Shown piece by piece: positions 6,902 to 13,912 of a stretch of 55,078 nucleotides of DNA (its first letter is position 1; each line of letters opens with the position of its first letter). The DNA comes from a virus. The notes under the pieces were generated by a model that was not told the DNA's origin, made no database searches, and saw only the letters and a list, made by a program, of their open reading frames with translations. A program made the position numbers and the translations under genes. The stretch is from IMG/VR virus record IMGVR_UViG_3300045988_069178; one strand, given 5' to 3'.

Positions 6902-7444
6902 TTATAACTCCTAACTCTTTTTTTATTTTTTAAAATTTTTTGGAATTTACTCGGCTGAATTAGCCGTTTTGATGTGTGTATTCATTGAATATCTTGTGAT
7001 TAATTAAGATGTGTTTATTATACACCTATTTATCAAATTTGTACAGTAGATTTATTAATTATATTATATGGGTTATTATCAGGACTATATATTAATAAAT
7101 ATAATGGTTATTGTATATAGTTTAATAAATTATTATTGGTTGGTTATGTATATATAAATATATAATAAGCCTTTTTATCTTTGGGGATATTTGAGCGACT
7201 TAGTTAGGCTCGCAATGCGTGTATATATAACCCCCACGCCCTGCGTTTGTGAATATAATGCACAATGAAATCAGCCAGAGCGGAGCCGTTGCGCAATGAA
7301 TAATTATCACGCAATCGCTGTCAATCCGCTTGTTTGCTGGCTTTGTCGTGCTTTTATCGCTCAAATGTTCTGTTTTATCACTTCGCTAAACTCAACTTTA
7401 GCGAAATCATGCTATCGTGAGCCAAACTGCTAGAAACCGCCTGT

Positions 7445-8155
7445 TTACTGGCTTTGTGGGATTTCTTGTACATCTTGCACAATGATTTCTTGTTGTGCAA
7501 TTTGACGAATATTAGAGCCTTGAGCGTCCCCAGATGGTCCGAGCTGTGGAAGGTCTGCGGCTGTTTTAATGGTCTTCGTGGCGCTTTCTCTGCTGACACC
7601 GGGAAGATTCCAACCGAAACGGCGATTCATGACCGCAAGCTGTCCGACTGGGTTCTTACCGGACCAGAGCCGAGCTTCTCCGCTAGATTCGTAATCTTTA
7701 GACAATTTTTGATATAAATTGTTTGCCGATGTACTTAGTTGCGGCGTTCTGCTCTCATTTCCCCAATTATATATAACATCTTCTCTTATACCAGTTAATT
7801 TACAATATCCTGATATAGTACATATTTTATTATACTTATAACACATATATATATAATAATCTGCTATATAGTTAAGATATTCATAATTATAACTATTACA
7901 ATTACTATTATTTATATTACTATATTGATTATTATAATTATTATTATTGTATCCCTGTAATTTACCCTTTAATTTTAGTCTGTTAGTACCCTTAAAAGTA
8001 TTATTATATACATAAATTAAAGCGGCATAAAAAAGGGATTGCGGAGCCGCTGCCATATCTTTAATGTTTTCATCTGTGCAAAATTGTTTGAAATGCATAT
8101 CAATCTCATTCTCAAAAAGTTCTTGACTTTCTGGTGCTTCCTGTACTTTCTCCAT
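7445..8155 (-). CDS. terS: Terminase small subunit with N/Y-rich low-complexity insertion
   Basis: 236 aa with a GGGGAAC RBS. The segment ISGYCKLTGIREDVIYNWGN ... ARLWSGKNPVGQLAVMNRRFGWN resembles the HTH and the conserved F-l-Kn-fGW block of Terminase_2-type TerS. Residues ~68-110 are N/Y-rich. Confidence 0.7.
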   Translation of the reverse strand: MEKVQEAPESQELFENEIDMHFKQFCTDENIKDMAAAPQSLFYAALIYVYNNTFKGTNRLKLKGKLQGYNNNNYNNQYSNINNSNCNSYNYEYLNYIADYYIYMCYKYNKICTISGYCKLTGIREDVIYNWGNESRTPQLSTSANNLYQKLSKDYESSGEARLWSGKNPVGQLAVMNRRFGWNLPGVSRESATKTIKTAADLPQLGPSGDAQGSNIRQIAQQEIIVQDVQEIPQSQ

Positions 8156-8360
8156 ATGTTCCCCTTTCTGCTGGATCTGCTCCAGCTAATTAATTATTAT
8201 ATATACTAATAACATAAAAACAACCCAATAACTATTATACAATTATCGGGTGTAAATCTTATATATTTAATTATTAGCATAATAACACAATAAATATAAT
8301 TAATCAATATGCATTTAAAAAGCGATGCATAACAGATATACACCGCTTAAAATATATATT

Positions 8361-8702
8361 TTAAATTTCCACAACTTTCCCAACTCTGGAATTTTCAAAA
8401 ATTCCATCAGAAAGCTGCCCGCGTAATTCCTCTTCACATTCTTCAGAGCTGTTTCTAGCGATGCGAATAATTGAGTATTCGTTCGTCCCTGTTTTGTCGG
8501 AATTCTCAACCTCAATAATTCTGACATCTGTACCTTCTGAAAAATCGTATTTATAAGACTTTCCGAAGCTCTCACGCTGTCTATGTCCGTCTATTCCATA
8601 GACTTTCCATGCTCTCGTTTTCATAATATCCACCATCCAGCCTTTGCGGCTGCCCTTTCTTTGTTCTGTGATTATAATAAACCATTTATCGTTTATTGTC
8701 AA
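8361..8702 (-). CDS. Hypothetical protein
   Basis: 113 aa if it starts at TTG 8702, which has no clear RBS. The alternative ATG (MKTRAW...) follows GGTGGA. No domain recognised. Confidence 0.5.
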   Translation of the reverse strand: MTINDKWFIIITEQRKGSRKGWMVDIMKTRAWKVYGIDGHRQRESFGKSYKYDFSEGTDVRIIEVENSDKTGTNEYSIIRIARNSSEECEEELRGQLSDGIFENSRVGKVVEI

Positions 8703-8725
8703 TACTTTTTAAAATCTTTTTTGGT

Positions 8726-8932
8726 TTATTTTTTCTCTACATATTTAATAATATTTCCCGGCTGCATATCTAAAAGTTCACACAGCTTTTCCAAAGTTTT
8801 AATGCCAATCATTTCATTTTTTCGCAACCTCTGCATTGCTGATTGACTTATTAGCCCCTCTTTTAATATCCTTGTGCTGTTGTATCCACTCTCTTTTAAA
8901 GATTCCAGCACGTTAATTTTATATACAAGCAT
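8726..8932 (-). CDS. XRE/Cro-like HTH regulator
   Basis: 68 aa with a GAGGAGG RBS. HTH segment ISQSAMQRLRKNEMIGIKTLEKLCELL. Divergent from the plus-strand operon. Confidence 0.75.
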   Translation of the reverse strand: MLVYKINVLESLKESGYNSTRILKEGLISQSAMQRLRKNEMIGIKTLEKLCELLDMQPGNIIKYVEKK

Positions 8933-8963
8933 TTTGTCGCCTCCTCATTGTTTTATACAATAT

Positions 8964-8992
8964 ATAGTAGCTTTTTTTACTCGTTTTGTCAA
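8964..8992 (-). promoter_or_regulatory. Sigma-A-type promoter for the HTH gene
   Basis: Minus strand reads TTGACA-17 nt-TACTAT. Confidence 0.55.
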
Positions 8993-9026
8993 CAAAAAAT
9001 AATCTTAAAAAAGTTTATTTTACCTA

Positions 9027-9055
9027 TTGACTTTAAACCGTTTTGGGTTTATTAT
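9027..9055 (+). promoter_or_regulatory. Sigma-A-type promoter for the plus-strand operon
   Basis: TTGACT-17 nt-TATTAT, about 40 nt upstream of ATG 9095. Confidence 0.55.
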
Positions 9056-9094
9056 AATTATATCAAATGAAGCACAGAAAGAGAGGCAACAAAA

Positions 9095-9364
9095 ATGAAA
9101 GCAAACGATACAATCAAAGTACATTTATACGATTTAAACAATAGGGAGATACGAACTAGAAACCATGACAAGACTTTTTGTGTGTACGAGAAAAACGGAA
9201 AACTTGGAATTGACTGGAATACAGAAAAAAGCCCGTACACATGCAAGGGTGATGTATTTACGCCACTCGAAACCTTTGCACAATCTGCAATATTTGAAAA
9301 TATTGAGACTAAGGAACTTTTTCACTTCTCAAATATCAAAAATGCAGTTGTTAGAATAGCATAG
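9095..9364 (+). CDS. Hypothetical protein (plus-strand operon, ORF A)
   Basis: 89 aa with an AGAGAGG RBS. No domain recognised. Confidence 0.65.
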   Translation: MKANDTIKVHLYDLNNREIRTRNHDKTFCVYEKNGKLGIDWNTEKSPYTCKGDVFTPLETFAQSAIFENIETKELFHFSNIKNAVVRIA

Positions 9365-9522
9365 CCGAAACGCTCCGCCTGGAGCGTCAGCCGCGGGACG
9401 GTCTCCCGGCTCTGATGATGGCAGACCAAAAAAGGCGGTCACTCCTACCAAGAACGAACCGCCACCAATCAAAAAAGAAAGGTAAGCCGATTATATCACA
9501 ATCGGCGAAATGGTACAAGATT

Positions 9523-9681
9523 ATGACAGTTTACAGAATTAAAATCGCAGGCACAGAATACAACGAAGATTACACATTCACAGAGCCAGCAGAGGGCAAC
9601 GTAAAAGAAGAAGTTAGCGCCATTCTGGAAGAGATGAAAAAAGGCAATATTGACAGCTTAGAAGTTAAAAGGGAGGCATAA
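9523..9681 (+). CDS. Hypothetical acidic protein (ORF B)
   Basis: 52 aa from ATG 9523. There is no SD close to the start. Its 3' end carries the GGGAGG RBS of ORF C. The track's 9415 start runs through GC-rich hairpins. Confidence 0.4.
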   Translation: MTVYRIKIAGTEYNEDYTFTEPAEGNVKEEVSAILEEMKKGNIDSLEVKREA

Positions 9682-9685
9682 AACT

Positions 9686-9940
9686 ATGATAAACGAAACA
9701 GCAGAACAGAAAGAAATAAGAATGTTTAATTTTTATAAAAAGGATTTAGAAAAACTAGGAAAAGAGCACGGACAAATAAGAATGATTTGTATTGAGTATG
9801 TTTGCAGTTTTCCAAAAATTAACCCTTTTAAAATGGCTAAGACCTTAAAAGATGACGGATATAATATACTTTTTGATGACTCTAGCATAAGCAGAGCAGA
9901 GAACGAAAAGAAAAGACGAAAAGTCGAAAAAATCGCATAA
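9686..9940 (+). CDS. Hypothetical protein (ORF C)
   Basis: 84 aa with a strong GGGAGG RBS and a basic C-terminus. Confidence 0.65.
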   Translation: MINETAEQKEIRMFNFYKKDLEKLGKEHGQIRMICIEYVCSFPKINPFKMAKTLKDDGYNILFDDSSISRAENEKKRRKVEKIA

Positions 9941-9942
9941 TT

Positions 9943-9983
9943 AGCAAGATTGGCACCTCCGGGGTTCGACTCCCCGGCTTGCT
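9943..9983 (+). ncRNA. tRNA-like acceptor/T-arm minihelix A
   Basis: AGCAAG-AUUGGCACCU-CCGGGG-UUCGACU-CCCCGG-CUUGCU. A 6-bp outer stem abuts a 6-bp stem with a consensus 7-nt T-loop. It starts 3 nt after the ORF C stop. Confidence 0.5.
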
Positions 9984-10023
9984 TTACCCGTAAGGGAATA
10001 AATAAAAGAAAGGCAAAAACATT

Positions 10024-10197
10024 ATGAACAGATTAGAAGAAGCAAAAAAGGCATTTTTAGAAGTTAGAAGCATTTTGGCAGAAAAACATGAAGACTTTGC
10101 GCTTGCAAAAGCATATAAAAAGCCTTGGAAGTGGTACAGGGAGCACACCACGCAAGAAGCTATTAAGATTTTAAGAGCAGAAGCAAAAGCAAACTAA
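10024..10197 (+). CDS. Hypothetical protein (ORF D, 57 aa, below cutoff)
   Basis: My translation gives MNRLEEAKKAFLEVRSILAEKHEDFALAKAYKKPWKWYREHTTQEAIKILRAEAKAN. The GAAAGG RBS lies 10 nt upstream. Confidence 0.5.
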   Translation: MNRLEEAKKAFLEVRSILAEKHEDFALAKAYKKPWKWYREHTTQEAIKILRAEAKAN

Positions 10198-10243
10198 CCG
10201 CCGCAGAGAATGCCAGCCGGACCGATACCGGCGGCGGTTTTTC
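10197..10243 (+). terminator. Minihelix B: nested hairpin with U-tract (intrinsic terminator with the same architecture as A and C)
   Basis: ACCGCCG-CAGAGAAUGCCAG-CCGG-ACCGAUA-CCGG-CGGCGGU-UUUU. An outer 7-bp stem abuts an inner stem with a 7-nt loop. Confidence 0.6.
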
Positions 10244-10282
10244 CTTTTAAGGGATAATATTAATAATATGGAGGTCTATGAT

Positions 10283-10552
10283 ATGGCAATATATGAAAAA
10301 CTGAACACTTTAACAGCTGGAGAAATCCGCGGAAATTTAGAAAAATTTATATTTATCTATGGGAAAAAGGCGGCTAAAATCTTGGAGCTTGAAAAAATAG
10401 CAGATTTTTCTTTTTGGGATAATGGGCGGAGCGTAATTATATACACAGGTTCGCAGGCTGTTTTTGATTGTAACTATGATATTTTTTATGGCTTAAAAAG
10501 GCTTACAACTTGTTATAATAAAGGCGGTCTATTTTATGAATTTAATAATTAA
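10283..10552 (+). CDS. Hypothetical protein (ORF E)
   Basis: 89 aa from ATG 10283, with a GGAGGT RBS 8 nt upstream. Confidence 0.6.
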   Translation: MAIYEKLNTLTAGEIRGNLEKFIFIYGKKAAKILELEKIADFSFWDNGRSVIIYTGSQAVFDCNYDIFYGLKRLTTCYNKGGLFYEFNN

Positions 10553-10564
10553 TAACTTGATTGA

Positions 10565-10588
10565 GGGCGTACAATCTGCGCCCTTTTT
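10565..10588 (+). terminator. Intrinsic terminator
   Basis: GGGCG-UACAAUCUG-CGCCC followed by UUUUU. Confidence 0.7.
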
Positions 10589-10589
10589 G

Positions 10590-10628
10590 GCTTGCTCTGG
10601 TTTGGCTGGTTCGATTCCAGCCGCAAGC
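10590..10628 (+). ncRNA. tRNA-like acceptor/T-arm minihelix C
   Basis: GCUUGC-UCUGGUUU-GGCUGG-UUCGAUU-CCAGCC-GCAAGC, lying between two terminators. Confidence 0.5.
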
Positions 10629-10632
10629 ATTA

Positions 10633-10660
10633 AGCATATATTTTTATATGCTTTTCTTTG
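10633..10660 (+). terminator. Intrinsic terminator
   Basis: AGCAUAUA-UUUU-UAUAUGCU followed by UUUCUUU. Confidence 0.7.
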
Positions 10661-11259
10661 TGTACCTTGAAAAATTAATACAACAATGCTATGCTTATAT
10701 ATAAGGCTTTTTACACCTTTTAGGTGTACAAGTGTACCCGGTCGGGGCGGTGTGTGCTTTGGTATATCTTCTAGGGCTGGCGACAGCTTCCACAACTTGC
10801 AAGGGCATATTATACCCATTTTGTACAACGCTGTTAAGGGCGTTTTAAGATGTGCAGGTATTAACCCTTACAATTATGCACTTGTAAAATAAAACCACCG
10901 TACAAGTTAAACTGCAAAGCCACAACACCAAAATAAACGCGAACCGCAACCGGTCAAGTCTATATATAGTGCTTTACCATACTAAAGTTTTTCATCAATT
11001 TTTCAGGGCAAATCTGAACAAAATCGGGAACAAAAATTGAAATTCTGTGTAACCGATTTTTGGATTTCAAAATTGCATATGACGGGGGTATCAAAATTTT
11101 TGCATTATATTTTTGTAGGAAAATTTTTTCAATTTTTTAAGTAGGATTTGAACAAAATCTGAACCAAATTTTGAGATTTTTTAAAATTGAAATTATGAAT
11201 ATAAAAAGTCAACCCACGGGGGTAAAGAAAAACTTTACCTATATTCCGTGGGTTTTAAA

Positions 11260-11958
11260 TTAGTTTATAAAAATAATCGGTTTATCGTCATCAAAAAGAT
11301 TACTAACAACTTCCTGTCCTTTATCCACTAAGTAACAAGGAACTTTCTGGAATCGTCTAAGACCTTTGATGATTTCATATTTGTTGTTAATTCTATATAT
11401 AGTTCCTGCGAAATTGCCTTTATCAACAGGAATATAAGATTGCGTATCTAATGGAGCTGATATAGGTTTGTCAAGTTCATTAAGTTCTACAATATCTACT
11501 GCTTCAATCTTGCATAAATCACCATACTCACCTAATGATGGATATACTGGTGGGTTTAGTAACGCATGGTATATATCATCTATGTCACTATCATCAGCTT
11601 TGATGTATATAGTTGTATATAAATCAACTAGCATTAAATGATATTTAACTGTACTAACCCAGCCAGCATGGCTTCCATCTGCATAGTCTGTTATAATATC
11701 CCAACGCTTAAGTATTTCATCGCTAACCTTGTTAAAACGCTTGCCACCGTACCATTCTTTCTGTGTTCTGGTATTATAAACACCCTTGCCAGTAACAAAA
11801 TAATCTAATTTATGATACCTTTTCCATCGACACATTGAATGAATAAACCCATTAACTGTGCTAAATGGCGGCAAAGGGTAACAATCTGCACCTCTTGGTG
11901 CTAATGGATTGTTAAATCTAGCCATTTCTTGATACATTTTTAACCTTATAGCTCTCAT
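11260..11958 (-). CDS. cas5: Cas5-like RAMP protein (type I-B / Cas5t-like), stand-alone
   Basis: 232 aa from ATG 11958 with a GGAGG RBS. The N-terminus MRAIRLKMYQEMARFNNPLAPRGADCYPLPPFSTVNGFIHSMC fits the Cas5 signature (aromatic-R-x-P, then Y-P-L-P-P-x-S-T-x-x-G). YPSLGEYGDLCKIEAVDIVEL and GTIYRINNKYE...RRFQKV also match my memory of Cas5t. No other cas gene is present in the genome. Confidence 0.6.
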   Translation of the reverse strand: MRAIRLKMYQEMARFNNPLAPRGADCYPLPPFSTVNGFIHSMCRWKRYHKLDYFVTGKGVYNTRTQKEWYGGKRFNKVSDEILKRWDIITDYADGSHAGWVSTVKYHLMLVDLYTTIYIKADDSDIDDIYHALLNPPVYPSLGEYGDLCKIEAVDIVELNELDKPISAPLDTQSYIPVDKGNFAGTIYRINNKYEIIKGLRRFQKVPCYLVDKGQEVVSNLFDDDKPIIFIN

Positions 11959-12088
11959 AATAAAACCTCCAAAATAAAATAAGTTGCACCTATACAAAAT
12001 GTATCAATGCAACTTTCCACTATGGTTCTATTAAGGTAAAATGATATATTAATTATCAATTGTTTACATCTATTAAATAATAGCATTT

Positions 12089-12235
12089 TTAAGCATTACT
12101 GTCAATACAACATTTTTCCGTATAAATCAACGCCTTACTTGAATACTGGCATTGACTTAGTTCATATATCAACATTTCCTTTGTCATAGTCGGATTAGTT
12201 CTTTGAATTATCTTTAACAACTCGTCAATACTCAT
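12089..12235 (-). CDS. Hypothetical protein (48 aa, below cutoff)
   Basis: MSIDELLKIIQRTNPTMTKEMLIYELSQCQYSSKALIYTEKCCIDSNA. The ATG overlaps the upstream TAA (TAATG). Confidence 0.4.
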   Translation of the reverse strand: MSIDELLKIIQRTNPTMTKEMLIYELSQCQYSSKALIYTEKCCIDSNA

Positions 12236-12555
12236 TATCCCACTCTCCTAACTGCCCCTAAAACCATATCAACAATGTCAAATACTTCATCTCCATATGT
12301 TGCCACAAAATCGCACAATATCTCTTCTTGTTCGATAGGTAAATACACATCATAGGACATACAGATTGCGTGGCATACTTCGTGTATCAGCACTTTGCGT
12401 TGTATAAATCCACGCAAGGCATTTGATAGATAAATTGTATGTGTATTTCTATCAGTTACACCTAAGCTGATTGTGCCGTCTGACCGCTTTAATTCACCCG
12501 AATTTGAATTTTCATATTGCACTTGCCACATTGTGCCATTAATATTAAAAATCAT
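12235..12555 (-). CDS. Small zinc metallopeptidase-like protein (HExxH; ImmA/IrrE- or SprT-like)
   Basis: 106 aa from ATG 12555 with an AAAGGAG RBS. HEVCH motif within VLIHEVCHAICM. Confidence 0.6.
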   Translation of the reverse strand: MIFNINGTMWQVQYENSNSGELKRSDGTISLGVTDRNTHTIYLSNALRGFIQRKVLIHEVCHAICMSYDVYLPIEQEEILCDFVATYGDEVFDIVDMVLGAVRRVG

Positions 12556-12573
12556 CTGTATGCTCCTTTCTGA

Positions 12574-12609
12574 ATAAAACAAAAACCACTAACCGATATT
12601 GGCTAGTGG
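12574..12609 (-). terminator. Intrinsic terminator after the antirepressor-like gene
   Basis: Minus strand has an 11-bp stem (CCACUAGCCAA/UCGGUUAGUGG, one mismatch) followed by UUUUUGUUUUAUU. Confidence 0.6.
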
Positions 12610-12632
12610 CATTTGCTTAATGTATTTAATTG

Positions 12633-13484
12633 TTATGCACTCTTTACACAATAACACATCATCATTTCCTTAATTGCCAACTCATAAGCTGGCTTAAGGT
12701 CTTTATCGTTGGCAATTACATATAGCTTGTTGATTTTCTTAAGTTCAGACTTTTTAATGTCTGGTCTTTCTTCTAACGCTCTGCCGACAGCTCTCTGAAC
12801 TCTATCATCAAGTCTGCAATTTCTTTTCTGCATTAGTCTTTCGTAACTTTCTTTTCTTGCATACGAATACCTCTTATCTCTGGTATCGCCCTTGTTAAAG
12901 TAAGGACTTTCGGCAATCTTTGTAATGCAAGAATTGACCCATTTCTGGAAGCTCTCAACATCATCTACTTTTTGAAATGTTTCAGCAATAGCATTCTGTG
13001 TCTGTTTTACTTCTCTGACTTCTTTTGCAAGTTGCTTCTGTTCAAGCTCATTTCTTGATATTTGCTGTACAAGCAAGTTCATCAGCTTTGTTTGAGGGTC
13101 AAGCTGTTCAAGGTCAATCACTTTCTGCTTAACTCTTTCTTCTACTGTTGCAAAATATTCTCTTGCCTGTTCCGCTTTTTCTCCGTTACCCTTGACAGAT
13201 AACTTCTTAGCAAAATGTGCTGTTAGTTTGTAATCGTCAGCAAAATTGCCTCTCCCTTGTTCATTCTTCATTGATGAAGAGTAAAAATAATCCTCATTTT
13301 CTGTGGCAAATTCATTGTCAAGAATGTTTGACTTAACCCACCTTGAGTAATTCTGTGGCGCAAGTTCTAAAAACTGATACAGTTTTCTTGCTGTTGTCAT
13401 TCCCTTATCATCAATTCCTAGCTCAACCTCAATGGGTGTCTTGTAGTTCATATCCTGTGTATTACTTATAGTTTCTAATAACAT
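12633..13484 (-). CDS. AntA/AntB-type phage antirepressor-like protein
   Basis: 283 aa. TARKLYQFLELAPQNYSRWVKSNILDNEF...DDYKLTAHFAKKLSV...AREYFATVEE matches my memory of the AntA domain. The C-terminus is coiled coil. Confidence 0.7.
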   Translation of the reverse strand: MLLETISNTQDMNYKTPIEVELGIDDKGMTTARKLYQFLELAPQNYSRWVKSNILDNEFATENEDYFYSSSMKNEQGRGNFADDYKLTAHFAKKLSVKGNGEKAEQAREYFATVEERVKQKVIDLEQLDPQTKLMNLLVQQISRNELEQKQLAKEVREVKQTQNAIAETFQKVDDVESFQKWVNSCITKIAESPYFNKGDTRDKRYSYARKESYERLMQKRNCRLDDRVQRAVGRALEERPDIKKSELKKINKLYVIANDKDLKPAYELAIKEMMMCYCVKSA

Positions 13485-13556
13485 TGTTTATTCCTCCAAC
13501 TATTGATGATTATTGCTATGTCCAGAATGCTGTTAAATCATCATAGAGGAATAATT

Positions 13557-13700
13557 CTATAAGCTAGTGCATTTCTTATACTTTGCTAACTCCTCTTCAA
13601 GCTCACGGATTTTGTTCACCGCTTCATCATATGATTTAACCATTTTGTCATACTGCCATTCTGGAATCATAATTGATTTAAAACTCATTGGTGCTGTCAT
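13557..13700 (-). CDS. Hypothetical protein (47 aa, below cutoff)
   Basis: MTAPMSFKSIMIPEWQYDKMVKSYDEAVNKIRELEEELAKYKKCTSL with a strong AGGAGG RBS. Confidence 0.55.
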   Translation of the reverse strand: MTAPMSFKSIMIPEWQYDKMVKSYDEAVNKIRELEEELAKYKKCTSL

Positions 13701-13912
13701 AATATTTCCTCCTGTGAATAAAGCTACAATACAGAGATTGCTTCATCTTTTGTATAATCGCTATCTGTTTTTATCGTGCTTTGGTTATTTTATTATATTT
13801 TCTTGTTACAATCTCTATATTGTCTGCTTGCAATCCCATTAGAAACATAGTAATATATTTATGTTCCTCTGTGGAATTAGTGAGAGTAGTTGTTTATCGT
13901 GCTTGGTTACAA

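Noticed and set aside
7378-7599. 73-aa minus-strand ORF overlapping the terS 3' end, and the 8315..8575 ORF.
   Set aside because: They lie out of frame within or overlapping better-supported genes, have no RBS, and extend into non-coding structured DNA.
9415-9522. Longer version of ORF B starting at ATG 9415.
   Set aside because: The N-terminal 36 codons would be translated from the GC-rich hairpin region, give a highly basic low-complexity peptide, and have no RBS. The shorter 9523 start is kept, at low confidence.
9943-10628. The minihelices as attP-type fragments of host tRNA genes.
   Set aside because: attP cores carry only the tRNA 3' portion. Here the complementary 5' acceptor strand is also present, 8-13 nt upstream, in three independent elements. 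The phage integrase is a serine recombinase encoded 7 kb away.
10529-10892. Track ORFs 10529..10828 (minus) and 10686..10892 (plus) in the ORF-free island.
   Set aside because: Neither has a Shine-Dalgarno sequence. The minus ORF runs through two terminator hairpins and minihelix C. The amino-acid composition does not look protein-like.
10990-11200. Possible mini-CRISPR array, based on the duplicated AAAATTGAAATT and TGAACAAAATC motifs near cas5.
   Set aside because: Only two copies are present. The two motif types are spaced 7 nt apart in one copy and 23 nt apart in the other, the units are ~150 nt apart, and no full-length repeat of ~30 nt is shared. It is not an array and is reported only as motif repeats.
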